Positions 32,191 to 42,801 are shown, counted from the first letter of the stretch. The stretch is 64,000 nucleotides of DNA from Alphaproteobacteria bacterium (GCA_965205265.1 CBDBGH010000003.1:576001-640000); one strand, 5' to 3'. Notes: generated by a model not told the origin, from the letters alone. Translations and numbers: made by a program.

Positions 32191-33396
32191 ATGGCAATCA
32201 TCGCGGCGCGGTTTCCCCTGCTGCACTTTGTTTTTTCGCTCGCCGGTTTGGCGGTGTTGGCGTTTTTGGCGCTGTGGCCTGCCGGGGCGGAGGCCCAGCG
32301 GCCTTCGCCGGTGCGGGTGGACAAGGTGGTCCTGCAACCGCTGGCGGAGACGGCGCCGGTGTTCGGCAGGCTTGTGTCGCGGATGCGGGGCGCTGTCGCG
32401 GCGCAAACCGAAGGTGCGGTGACCGAGATGCGCGTGCAGGTGGGCGACCGGGTGGCGGCGGGCGATGTTCTGGCGGTGCTCGACATCGAGAAACTTGCCT
32501 CCGAGCGCGCCGCCCGCGCTGCCACGGCGGACGCCGTTGCCGCGCGGGCCGTTGCCGCCGGGGCCCGTCTGGAGCGGGTGGAGCAGGAGATTGCGCGCTA
32601 TGAGAAGCTTCGCCGCTCGGCGGCCTTCAGCAAGGCGCGCCTGCAGGACAAGGAGCAGGAGCGGGCCTGGCTGCGCTCGGAGCAGGATGCGGCGCGCGCG
32701 CAGCTTGTGCAGGCGAGGGCCGGTCTGGGGCTTGCGGAGATGAACCTGGCGCGGGGCACGGTCCGCGCACCCTATGACGGCGTGGTGACGGCGCTTCACA
32801 CGGAGATCGGCTCCTATCTGAAGGAAGGCGGCGCGGTGCTGGTGCTGGTCAATGACCGCAAGCTGGAGATCGAGGCGGACGTGCCGGCGGCGCGCATAGG
32901 GGGGCTCGCGCCGGGCGTTGAGGTTGCGGTGCTGCTGCCCGACGGCACGAAGCACCGCGCGCGGGTGCGGGCCGTGGTGCCGGACGAGAACGCGATGACG
33001 CGCACGCGGCTCGTGCGCTTCACGCCGGAGTTCGGGCGGACGCAGACGCCGCTGGCGGCCAATGCGGCTGCGACGGTGGTGCTGCCGGTCGGCGCCGGCG
33101 CCCCGGCGCTTACGGTTCACAAGGACGCGATCGTGCGCCAGGGGCAGCAGGCGTTTGTGTTCGTTGCGAAGGGCGGCAAGGCGGACCGGCGCCGGGTGCG
33201 CCTCGGCCGCGCCTCGGGAACCCGTTTCGAGGTTCTGGACGGGCTGGCGGAGGGCGACCTCGCCATCGTGCGCGGCAATGAGCGGCTGCGCCCCGGCCAG
33301 CCGGTGCTCGTGCCCGGCGCGAAGACCGCCGAGCCCGGCAAGTCCGGCAAGTCCGGCACACCCGGCGAGGGTCCGCAGAAGGCGAAAGCGGGATGA
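32191..33396 (+). CDS. RND efflux periplasmic adaptor subunit
   Basis: N-terminal hydrophobic segment, VGDRV.AGDVLA, VRAPYDG, GLAEGD. Confidence 0.9.
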   Translation: MAIIAARFPLLHFVFSLAGLAVLAFLALWPAGAEAQRPSPVRVDKVVLQPLAETAPVFGRLVSRMRGAVAAQTEGAVTEMRVQVGDRVAAGDVLAVLDIEKLASERAARAATADAVAARAVAAGARLERVEQEIARYEKLRRSAAFSKARLQDKEQERAWLRSEQDAARAQLVQARAGLGLAEMNLARGTVRAPYDGVVTALHTEIGSYLKEGGAVLVLVNDRKLEIEADVPAARIGGLAPGVEVAVLLPDGTKHRARVRAVVPDENAMTRTRLVRFTPEFGRTQTPLAANAAATVVLPVGAGAPALTVHKDAIVRQGQQAFVFVAKGGKADRRRVRLGRASGTRFEVLDGLAEGDLAIVRGNERLRPGQPVLVPGAKTAEPGKSGKSGTPGEGPQKAKAG

Positions 33397-36300
33397 ACCT
33401 CGTCCGCTTCGCCATAGACCGCCCCATCGCGGTGATCGCGGCGGTGCTGATGGTTGTGCTGTTCGGGCTGGTGGCGCTGGAGACGATCCCGATCCAGCTG
33501 ACGCCGGATGTGCGCAAGCCGGTGATTACCGTCCAGACGCTGTGGTCCGGCGCCGCCCCGGCGGACGTCGAGCGCGAGATCGTCAACCGCCAGGAGGAGA
33601 AGCTGAAAGGCGTCGAGGGCCTGGAGGAGGTGGAGAGCCGGTCGGAAACCGGGCGCGGCACGATTACGCTTACTTTCGCCATCGGAGCCAATATGGAACG
33701 CGCGCTGCTTCGGGTCGCCAACCGGCTCGGCCGCGTGACCGGCTACCCCGCCGAGGCCGAACGCCCGACAATACATACGGCGAGCGCGGAAGATAACGCC
33801 ATCGCCTGGTTTGTGCTTCAAACCGCAAAAGGCAATTCGCGGCCGATCCACACCTATGGCGATTTCGTCGAGGAAGTGATTCTGGACCGGATTGAACGGG
33901 TGCAGGGCGTCTCACGCGCCGACGCCTTCGGATATGTCCGGCGCGAACTGCATGTCACCATTCGGCCTGAGCGCATGGCGCAATACGGTTTAACCGTAAC
34001 GGAGTTGGTCCAGAAGCTGCGGGCTGCCAACGCCTCTGCTTCCGCGGGCGATGTACAAGAAGGCAAGCGCCGTTACCTCGTGCGCGCCGAGGGTGAACTG
34101 AATACACCGGAAGCCGTGCGTGCCGTCGCGCTGCGTGCGCAGGCCGATATTGAGGCCGGGCGCATAACACGCGTGACGGTCGGCGACATCGCCGAGGTCT
34201 CCTACGGCTATTCCGAGCCGCGGGCATACATCCGTCGCCTGGGCGGAGGCGCCGTCATGTTGAGCATCAAGCGGGAGGCAGGCGCAAACGTCATCGAGAC
34301 CATGGAACGCCTGCGCGCGGCCGTCGCCGAACTGAACGAAACTGTGCTGCCTGGCGAGGGCCTCGTCATCGATCCGGTTTATGACGAGACCGAATACATT
34401 TTGTCCGCCGTCGGTCTCGTGCAGCAGAACATCGTCGTCGGCGGCGCGCTGGCCGCAATCATGCTGCTGCTGTTCCTGCGCTCCTGGCGGCCGACCCTGA
34501 TCGTCTCGCTGGCGATCCCGGTCTCGGTGGTGGGCTCCTTCGTCGCCATGGCCATGCTCGGCCGCTCGCTGAACGTCGTGTCGCTCGCCGGCATCGCCTT
34601 TGCGGTCGGCATGGTGGTGGACGCCGCCATCGTGGTGCTGGAGAACATCTACCGCCTGCGGGAGCGCGGCATGCCGCCGCGCGAGGCGGCGCTGCGCGGC
34701 GCCAGCCAGGTCTGGGGGGCGATCCTGGTCTCGGCGCTGACGACGGTGCTGGTCTTCGTGCCGATCCTCGCCATGGACCTCGAGGTCGGGCAGCTGTTCC
34801 GCGACATCGCGGTCGCGATCTCGGTGTCGGTCATGCTCTCGCTCATCGTTGCCGTCACGGTCATCCCACCGCTGTCGCACCGCCTGTTGGCCATGCCTTT
34901 TCGATCGGATGGGCGCATGGCACTGCCCGTAATCGACAGCTTGGCGAGGGGCTTCGAACATGCAGTCGTGACCTATACCAAGGCCGTGGTGCAGAACCGC
35001 GCGGCCGCCCTCCTTTCCGTCGCCGTCATCATATCGGGCACCATGGTGGTAGTTTGGTGGCTGACGCCGAAGCTCGATTACCTGCCTGATGGCAGCCGCA
35101 ATTTTGTAGTTGGCCGCATACTGACGCCGCCTGGCTACAACCTCAAAACTAACAGCAAAATCGCCAACGAGATCGAAGACGCGACGCGGGCGCTCTGGGC
35201 GAGCGAGACCGGCCCCGAGCCCGAGCCCGGCGGGCCACCCAAGATCGCCAATATCTTCTTCGCAGCATTGCCGTCTTACACATTCGTGGGAGCGACGGCA
35301 GTCGATTCCGCAAGGGCCGAGGAACTGGCGCCCATACTCCGGCGAGCGACGTTCCGGGAGCCCGGCACCTTCGGCTTCTTTACAGTCTCACCCATCTTCG
35401 GGCGCGGCCTCGGCGGCAAGGGGTCGATCGACCTGGATATCTTCGGGCCAGACCTGGAAGCCGTCATGGCGGCAGCGAGCCGGGCCGCCGGCAAGACCGC
35501 GAAGGTGCTGCCGCGCGGCGAGGGCAATCAGCTCCGCCCGATCCCCGGCCTCGAACTCGGCGCACCGGAAGTCCGGATGTTGCCCGACCGGCTCCGGCTC
35601 GCGGACAACGGCGTCTCGGCGCGGGAATTCGTCGACACCATCGACGCCTTCAATGACGGGCTCCGGGTCGCGCGGGTGACCATAGACGGGCGGCGCACCA
35701 ACCTCGTCCTCAAGGGGCCGACCGACAATGTCGCCTCCACGCAGGGCATCGACTTCCTGCCCGTGGTGACGCGGAACGGTCACATTGTGCCAGCCTCCTC
35801 GCTCGCCAACATAGAAGTGACCAGCGGGCCGACCGAAATCCGGCACAAGGAGCGGGTGCGCACGGTCACGCTGCAGATCCGGCCGCGCGCGCAGATGCCG
35901 CTGGAGGAGGCGATGGACCTCGTGCGCGCCGAGGTCATCGCCCCGCTCGAAGCCGACGGCCTGCCGCCCGGGGTGAAGCTCCGGCTCTCCGGCGCGGCCG
36001 ACCAGCTCACGATCACCTGGAACCACATCGTGCTCGACCTGCTGATCGCGGTGGCCATCGTGTTCCTGGTCATGGCGGTGCTGTTCGGGAACTTCGTCTA
36101 TCCGCTGGTCATCATGATCTCGGTGCCGCTGGCGACGGCCGGCGGCGTGCTCGGCCTGGCCGTGCTGAACCTGTTCGCCTTCCAGCCGCTCGACATGCTG
36201 ACATTGCTCGGCTTCATCATCCTGGTCGGCATCGTCGTCAACAACGCCATCCTGCTGGTCCACCAGGCGCTGTTCCATATCCGGGAGGGCAACATGGCGC

Positions 36301-36575
36301 CGTCCGACGCGATCCGGGAGGCGACGAAAGACCGGCTGCGCCCGATCTACATGTCCACCTTGACGAGCATATTCGGCATGGCCCCGCTGGTGCTGTTCCC
36401 GGGCGCGGGCTCGGAGCTCTACCGGGGGCTGGGCTCGGTGGTGCTGGGCGGGCTGTCGCTCTCGGCGGTGCTGACCTTGACCATCATCCCGCCGCTGCTC
36501 GGCCTGATCCTCGCCCCGCTGGAGGAGCGCCGCCGCACACGCCTCGAAGCGCCCGCGCCCGCAGCGGCAGAGTGA
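33393..36575 (+). CDS. RND efflux permease (AcrB/AcrD/AcrF family)
   Basis: 1060 aa; GMVVDAAIVVLENI, GIVVNNAILL, RLRPI.M. Confidence 0.95.
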   Translation: MNLVRFAIDRPIAVIAAVLMVVLFGLVALETIPIQLTPDVRKPVITVQTLWSGAAPADVEREIVNRQEEKLKGVEGLEEVESRSETGRGTITLTFAIGANMERALLRVANRLGRVTGYPAEAERPTIHTASAEDNAIAWFVLQTAKGNSRPIHTYGDFVEEVILDRIERVQGVSRADAFGYVRRELHVTIRPERMAQYGLTVTELVQKLRAANASASAGDVQEGKRRYLVRAEGELNTPEAVRAVALRAQADIEAGRITRVTVGDIAEVSYGYSEPRAYIRRLGGGAVMLSIKREAGANVIETMERLRAAVAELNETVLPGEGLVIDPVYDETEYILSAVGLVQQNIVVGGALAAIMLLLFLRSWRPTLIVSLAIPVSVVGSFVAMAMLGRSLNVVSLAGIAFAVGMVVDAAIVVLENIYRLRERGMPPREAALRGASQVWGAILVSALTTVLVFVPILAMDLEVGQLFRDIAVAISVSVMLSLIVAVTVIPPLSHRLLAMPFRSDGRMALPVIDSLARGFEHAVVTYTKAVVQNRAAALLSVAVIISGTMVVVWWLTPKLDYLPDGSRNFVVGRILTPPGYNLKTNSKIANEIEDATRALWASETGPEPEPGGPPKIANIFFAALPSYTFVGATAVDSARAEELAPILRRATFREPGTFGFFTVSPIFGRGLGGKGSIDLDIFGPDLEAVMAAASRAAGKTAKVLPRGEGNQLRPIPGLELGAPEVRMLPDRLRLADNGVSAREFVDTIDAFNDGLRVARVTIDGRRTNLVLKGPTDNVASTQGIDFLPVVTRNGHIVPASSLANIEVTSGPTEIRHKERVRTVTLQIRPRAQMPLEEAMDLVRAEVIAPLEADGLPPGVKLRLSGAADQLTITWNHIVLDLLIAVAIVFLVMAVLFGNFVYPLVIMISVPLATAGGVLGLAVLNLFAFQPLDMLTLLGFIILVGIVVNNAILLVHQALFHIREGNMAPSDAIREATKDRLRPIYMSTLTSIFGMAPLVLFPGAGSELYRGLGSVVLGGLSLSAVLTLTIIPPLLGLILAPLEERRRTRLEAPAPAAAE

Positions 36576-37399
36576 CCGATAGACTCCGGTCGAAATCATC
36601 CGCAATTCGTCCGCAATGCACTGCCCTATCGTCTCCGGCTTCGGTCGTTGCTGTGCTCAGGCGTTAACAGCCGTCCCGCGACCGTTTGGGCTTCATCGAG
36701 CTTATCCACGATTCGGTCTTCCGGAACGTATCTCAACACGTCGAACGCGTTCAGAATGCCTTTTACGTCTTCGGACATGCCCATAACGACGATTTCCGTC
36801 TTCTCCTTGACCGCGCGGTCCATCAGTTGGGCAATCAAATGGGCAGCACTGTCGTCGATATGTGTCACGCCCGAGAAGTCAAAGATCACAACTTCATGGC
36901 CCCGGATATCTCCTCCCACCATCCGTACCAGCTTGCGAGATGAAGCCACCGTCAAAACGCCCCGAAAGGCCAGGAGTCCGACGCGGGCATCGAACGGCGC
37001 GGCGTCGGTTTCCCTGGTGCCGGGGGTGAGGAAAATCCGGTCCAGCAAGGGCACCGAGACCACGCTGTCGAGCTCCATTCTTTCCAGCCTTGCGGCATTT
37101 GCGATACACGCCGCCACGAGCCCGAATACGATTGCCGAAAGAGGATCCACGAACACGGTCAGCGCGAGTGTCAGCAGCATCACGACCGCATATTCTCGCT
37201 GCATTTGCCTGACGCGTGCGAGGAATCGCCAGTCGATCAAACCCCAGCCGAATCTGATCAATATGGCGGAAAGCGCCGCAAGCGGAATCGGCTCAGCGTA
37301 ACTTCCGAGACCCATCAGCAGCGCGAGAATGCCCGCGGCGCGCACAATGCCGGCGACGACTGTGCGGCCGCCAAGGGGTGCACGTCGTATTTGTGAGAT

Positions 37400-38782
37400 T
37401 CATGGTATTGCGCCGGCTCGTCGTTCCCAGAAGTCGTCGAAGCGATTGCTCTCGACGGCGCAGCGCAGGGCGATGATGGCGTTGGCGCCGTTGACGGTCC
37501 AGCGCATACCTCCCTGCTTGAGGCGGGCGCCGACGATGTTCTTGCAGCCGCCCTCGACCACGCCGCTGGCCACGCACAAGCCCATCGCGCGGAACTTCGG
37601 GTAGTTCATGCGCTCGCGGTTGTTGGAGAAGTACTCGGCGTTCTTCCGGGCGTTCTCGCAAGTTTCGGCATGGCCCTTGAGGGCGGCGATCACCTCGTCG
37701 ACGCGGCCCTCGTCGAGTTCCTCGCGCCGCTTCCCGGCCCATCGCTCACCGATCTCGCTGCCGATCCCGTAGATCGCCTTGGCTGCGTCGAACAGGTGGC
37801 CCTTGGCATGGAAGATGTCGACGATCTGGATGGCGTCGGGGAAGTGCTCATCGGCGAAGTTCCAGATCCACGGCGCGCCGTCGCCGAGGATGACCCGGCG
37901 CTCGGCCGTGTCGAAGCCGCGGCGTTCGGCCTCGCGGATGACACGCCGGGCGAAGGGCGCGGGCTCGGGGTCGAACTCGCGGGTGGCGATGGATTCGATG
38001 GCGGCGTTGTAGGTGGCGGAGCCGGGATCGCGCACCGGACGCCCCTCCCTGTCGACGGTCTCCGCCGACCACACGACGGCGAGCTTGGCCTCGCGGGTGC
38101 TGGCGGAGCCGTCGGGCTGCTTGCCCGCGCGGCCCTCGACCTCGGTCTTGCGCGCCGGCACGCCGGTGCCGTCGAGGCCGAGATAGAGGGTGGGGGCGTC
38201 GGACGGCTCGGGTTCGATCACGCGGCATTCGTCGCCTGCGATCTCTCGCCCGAGCGCCTCGGCATGGCGTTCGACCGTCTTCGGCGCGACAGCCAGGCCT
38301 GCCAGTTCGCGCAACAGGGCGCTGGAGCCCTCGAAGCTGGTACGGGCAGCAGCAACGCCGATCATGCGCAGCGCCGCCGGTGAGAGGAAAGTATCTTGCA
38401 TGCCGAGGGTTCGATCACGCGGGCTGAAGCCGCGGTGGCAACGGTCGCAGTGATACCAGGCGCGCTCCAGCGTCAGAGGGCCGAGAGCGGTGGTGAAGGT
38501 CTTGGGCCGGCGGCCGGCGAAGCGCGCCTCGCCGCCGCACGCACACGACAGCCACGGTCCCCGGTTGTCGGAACGGTCGGCATTGAGCCTGTGGGCGACG
38601 GCCTGCCCCATGATCTGCAACGCAACCCGCCGCGCTTCGATCTCGATCGCCTGGAAGTCATCGACGACGCCCGCGCCGATCAGCCACTCGACCTCGGCCT
38701 CGACCTCCTCCGCGATCGCTGCGTCGAGACCCCCCTTTTTCCCGGCGCGGCCGGCTTGTCCGCGTCCAGCCTGGCATCGCAT
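37400..38782 (-). CDS. ISKra4-family transposase (start uncertain)
   Basis: CxC..CxxC, LDGTGVP, LGDGAPWIW, DIFHA, SGVVEGGCK. Confidence 0.88.
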   Translation of the reverse strand: MRCQAGRGQAGRAGKKGGLDAAIAEEVEAEVEWLIGAGVVDDFQAIEIEARRVALQIMGQAVAHRLNADRSDNRGPWLSCACGGEARFAGRRPKTFTTALGPLTLERAWYHCDRCHRGFSPRDRTLGMQDTFLSPAALRMIGVAAARTSFEGSSALLRELAGLAVAPKTVERHAEALGREIAGDECRVIEPEPSDAPTLYLGLDGTGVPARKTEVEGRAGKQPDGSASTREAKLAVVWSAETVDREGRPVRDPGSATYNAAIESIATREFDPEPAPFARRVIREAERRGFDTAERRVILGDGAPWIWNFADEHFPDAIQIVDIFHAKGHLFDAAKAIYGIGSEIGERWAGKRREELDEGRVDEVIAALKGHAETCENARKNAEYFSNNRERMNYPKFRAMGLCVASGVVEGGCKNIVGARLKQGGMRWTVNGANAIIALRCAVESNRFDDFWERRAGAIP

Positions 38783-39111
38783 ATCCGGCCGCTGACCTCG
38801 ACAAGCGCGCGCACCAGACCGCGAAGCCGCTGGTATTCCGCGATCTGCGCCCGCGTTCCCTCAATGGCGTCGGCGGGAACGGTGCGGCCGCGGGACTTCC
38901 CCGTCTCCCTGTCCGGCCAGGTCAACAACCAGTAGGGGCCATGCCCCTGCGCCCCCTCGACCGCGCAATGGCAGTTCGGTTTGCCGCACTTGCGGTACTG
39001 TGCCCTGAGCGAACCCTGACGGAGGTCGCCGATGCCCGCAATCTCCCGCAGCAGCTCGCCACGCTGTTCGACGAGGCCGTCGTGATCGGTCCTGGCCATG
39101 TCCGCCTCCAT
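38680..39111 (-). CDS. ISKra4 accessory protein (DUF6788-like)
   Basis: GSL..QYRKCGKPNCHC....GHGPY; start ATG 39111 or 39099. Confidence 0.75.
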   Translation of the reverse strand: MEADMARTDHDGLVEQRGELLREIAGIGDLRQGSLRAQYRKCGKPNCHCAVEGAQGHGPYWLLTWPDRETGKSRGRTVPADAIEGTRAQIAEYQRLRGLVRALVEVSGRICDARLDADKPAAPGKRGVSTQRSRRRSRPRSSG

Positions 39112-40549
39112 CTGCCCCCCGAATATAAGAAACAGATATCGTGGCGGAACCATGGCATTTCTCAACCTCGCAAAATCAGGACGTGCACCCGCCGCCAAGC
39201 TGCAGGTTGATAAGGGTGCCTGGGTTGGCGGCGCCGGGCATCGCTCCGAATATGCCCGCCGCTATGTTGCCGATCCCCTGCCCGACCAGCTCCCGGTTGG
39301 GGTTATGCTGGGCTCCCGTGATGGAGTCCGCCGTCAGCGAAATGATCAGGCTGTAGATGGAGCCGACCAAGGCGATCAAAAGGGCAGGCTCAACCGCAGC
39401 CATCAAAGAATCGAGCGACGGCAAGCTGAGGCTAGGGACAGGCAACCCGGTAGGCAAAGCCCCGATGACTTGGACCCCATCCAACCAGAAGGCCCCGAGT
39501 GGGGTCGCGACAGCCAGCGCTACCAGGGGCGCCGGCACCCATCTGTCCAGAATTCGCGGCCAGAACAGCATGAAGGCCATAGTCACGGCGAAAACGACTA
39601 CAGTGTCTGCATCCGCCTCAAGAACTGCCGCAGGCAACGCCGTTATCGCGCCGCCTGCGCCGCCTATATTTGGAGAGGGTATATCGGTTCCGAGAACAGT
39701 CTGGACTTGGGACAGGATCAGGATAATGCCGACGCCGGAAATGAATCCGGATAGCACGATATGGGGTATGTAGGAGACGAAACGCCCCACCCTGAACAGT
39801 CCGAACAGGATCTGGAAGCCGCCGGCCAGCGCTGCAATGATAGCAATTTCGGCTAAACTTGTGCCATCCGTCGCGATAATGACCGAGATCATAACCGCGA
39901 TCGCGACGTTCGGGCCGCTCGACTGGGCTTTGGTTCCGCCGAAGAGAGCCGCGAAGAATCCGACAATGGCGATACAATAAAGGCCGGCCAACGCTCCCAT
40001 GCCGGACGCGATTCCCAAAGCCATGCCACCCGGTGCCCCGGCTAGCAGCATGATAATGCCGCTGCGGGCGTCCGCTAGAAACGTCTTCCAACTGTAGGCT
40101 TCCGTCGCCACCGGCCTCCAGCCATGCACTATTCGACTCGTTTGCGCGCCGCTTGGGAGTGGCAGGGGCACGCCGGATGAAGTAGTTCGCGATTATGGCG
40201 AAAACTAAGGCCTGCTGAGAATCATCGAATATTTATGACGGTTGAGCAGGCGTAGAGCAAGGCTTGCAAGTGTCGTCGGAAGCTGCACGCAGGCCGACAG
40301 CCAGAGACTTCAGTTTGAAAAATGCCGCATTCGGTTTGATGACTGATCCTGTAAATCCCGGGCTGCAAGCTGGAGAATGAGACACATTATTCAATCTTTA
40401 CAATGCGCTATATGTACGATGCGAAAATCGCTTCGGCCTTGTTCCGGAAAGACTTCCGTGGCCGTAACGCCATGCGCAGTCATTGGCATCCTGCGCCGTC
40501 TCGTCCCCGCGGACGCGGTTCTCGATCTTCGCGGCATTTGCCTCGACTG

Positions 40550-41010
40550 CGCCCGGTCCTCAGGGGCGGTTTCGTCGAGCCTGTCGCGGTCGTGCAGCAG
40601 CAGGCGGATGGCATCGGCCTGCGGCCGCCGCGACGGCCGTTCCTCCACGAGCCGGTTCAGGGTTCGGTGAAGCCGGGCGGTCTCCTCCGCCGACAGGAAC
40701 CGGGTCATCTTCCCGCCCGGGTTCGGCCTGACGCCAGCGACCGGATCGGTACCGACATGGCCGGCGGCTCTGGCGGCGCTCATGATCTGGCGCCGCACGG
40801 CGAGCGCCGTGTTGGCTGCGCCCGGTGTCTTGCGGCTCATGGCGTCGAACCGGCGCTCGACATGGGGCCTGACTATCTCCGACTTGCGGCAGCCGGTCGG
40901 CGGAAGCAGGCGCAGGGCCGCAACCCGGAAGGGCTGCCGGGCCTCATGCCGGTCCAGCATCATGCCGAGGCGGCGATATTCCTCCGGGGACAGGAATCGC
41001 TCTTAGCGCT
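40550..41010 (-). pseudogene. Degenerate tyrosine recombinase/integrase fragments
   Basis: RFLS.EE..RL occurs twice; RLL..TGCRKSEI, PGAANTAL; no HxLR/Y end; boundaries approximate. Confidence 0.7.
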
Positions 41011-41125
41011 TCTGCCGGTAGCGCCTGCTCCCCTTGCAGGGATTGCCGCCGCCGACGCGCTATGGGCAGGGCGCGCCCCGGCCTGTATATCGGGCTGAAG
41101 GATCGGCGGGAAGGATGCGGGGGAC

Positions 41126-42799
41126 GTGCCGGAAGAAGCGGTGAAGCAGCGCCGGCGGGGGCGCACGCAGCCCAAGGGGCGCCAGGTCGAGCCCGAAGCG
41201 CTGGCGGAGATGCGGGCGCTGCTGGGCGAGGCGCCGCGCGAGCGGGAGTTCCTGATCGAATATCTGCATCTGGTGCAGGGCCGCTTCGGGCATCTCTCCG
41301 CGCGGCATCTGGCGGCGCTGGCGGAAGAGATGCGCCTTGCCATGGCGGAGGTCTGGGAGGTCGCGACCTTCTACGCCCATCTCGACACGGTGAAGGAAGG
41401 CGAGGAGGCGCCGCCGGCGCTCACGCTCCGCGTCTGCGACAGCCTCTCATGTGAGTTGGCGGGCGCGCCGGCGCTGCTGGAGTCGCTGCGCACGGCCTTC
41501 CCGGAGGCGAGGGTCGTCACCGCGCCCTGCATGGGCCGCTGCGACTGCGCGCCGGTCGTCGAGGCGGGGCACCGGCATGTGGACGAAGCCACGCCGGAGA
41601 CGGTGCGCGCGGCTGTTCTTGGAAGCCGCGTCGGCGCGGCTGTTGCGGACAAGTCGGAGCATGCCGCTCCGGCAGCGGCGGCAGGAGACTACGCACAGTT
41701 CCGCGCCTGCTTCGAAGGCCGGCGGAGCCGCGAGGAGGTGACGGCCGAAATAGAAGCGGCGGGCCTGCGCGGCATGGGCGGCGCGGGCTTCCCGAGCGCG
41801 CGCAAATGGGGCTTCGTGCGCGCGGGGCCGAAGCCGCGCCACCTGGCCGTCAATGCCGACGAGGGCGAGCCCGGCACCTTCAAGGACCGCCATTTCCTGG
41901 AGACAGCGCCGGCCGCCGTGCTGGAGGGCGCGCTGATCGCCGCCTGGGCGGTCGAGGCGGACACGGTCACGATCTACCTTCGCGACGAATACCCGGATGC
42001 GCGGGAGATCATGGCAGCAGAGATCGCGCGGCTGGGAGACCTCGCGCCGCCCGGCGGCGTGCATTTGCGCCGGGGCGCGGGCGCCTATATCTGCGGCGAA
42101 GAGTCGGCGATGATCGAGAGCATCGAGGGCAAGCGCGGCCTGCCGCGCCACCGGCCGCCCTATGTAGCCCAGGTCGGCCTGCACGGGCGGCCGACGCTCG
42201 TCCACAATGTCGAGACGCTCTACTGGATGCCGGCGATCCTGGAGCGGGGCGCGGCCTGGTTCGCGGAAACGGGGCGGCATGGCGGCAAGGGCTGGCGGGC
42301 CTATTCCGTCTCCGGCCGGGTGAAAGAGCCGGGCGTCAAGATCGTGCCCGCCGGCGTCACCGCGCGCGAGCTGATCGAGGAGTTCTCCGGCGGCATGGCG
42401 GACGGCCGCGCGTTCAAGGCCTATCTGCCGGGCGGCGCCTCGGGCGGCATATTGCCGGCGCGCCTCGCCGACATCCCGCTCGATTTCGGCAAGCTGGAGC
42501 TGCACGGATGCTTCACCGGCTCGGGCGCGGTGGTGGTGCTGGCGGAAGGCGACGACATCGGGGCTGCGGCGCTCAACCTCATGCGCTTCTTCGCCTATGA
42601 GAGCTGCGGGCAATGCACCCCTTGCCGCGTCGGCACGGAGAAGGCCGCGCTGCTGATGGCCGAGCCCGCCTGGGACCGCGACGTGCTGGAGGACCTCGCC
42701 GCCGTCATGGCCGATGCCTCCATCTGCGGCCTCGGCCAGGCCGCCCCCAACCCGCTGCGCTGCGCCATGAAATACTTCCCGGAGGACGTGGGGCTCTGA
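41126..42799 (+). CDS. NAD-dependent formate dehydrogenase beta-subunit-like protein (NuoE+NuoF fusion)
   Basis: CDSLSC, CMGRC, LRGMGGAGF, NADEGEPG, YICGEE, SCGQCTPCR, SICGLG. Confidence 0.85.
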   Translation: MPEEAVKQRRRGRTQPKGRQVEPEALAEMRALLGEAPREREFLIEYLHLVQGRFGHLSARHLAALAEEMRLAMAEVWEVATFYAHLDTVKEGEEAPPALTLRVCDSLSCELAGAPALLESLRTAFPEARVVTAPCMGRCDCAPVVEAGHRHVDEATPETVRAAVLGSRVGAAVADKSEHAAPAAAAGDYAQFRACFEGRRSREEVTAEIEAAGLRGMGGAGFPSARKWGFVRAGPKPRHLAVNADEGEPGTFKDRHFLETAPAAVLEGALIAAWAVEADTVTIYLRDEYPDAREIMAAEIARLGDLAPPGGVHLRRGAGAYICGEESAMIESIEGKRGLPRHRPPYVAQVGLHGRPTLVHNVETLYWMPAILERGAAWFAETGRHGGKGWRAYSVSGRVKEPGVKIVPAGVTARELIEEFSGGMADGRAFKAYLPGGASGGILPARLADIPLDFGKLELHGCFTGSGAVVVLAEGDDIGAAALNLMRFFAYESCGQCTPCRVGTEKAALLMAEPAWDRDVLEDLAAVMADASICGLGQAAPNPLRCAMKYFPEDVGL

Positions 42800-42801
42800 C
42801 A

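Larger units (their letters stand above)
37376..39190 (-). mobile_element. ISKra4-like element
   Basis: TIR GGGTGCACGTC; 9-bp TSD GCCGCCAAG (37367-37375, 39191-39199). Confidence 0.88.
36626..40171 (-). pseudogene. SulP-family anion transporter with STAS domain, split by an ISKra4 element
   Basis: GLY...FGGT..Q.SGP, NRELVGQGIGN, STAS IFDFSGVTHIDDSA; halves join as NLQLGG|RTVVAG. Confidence 0.87.
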
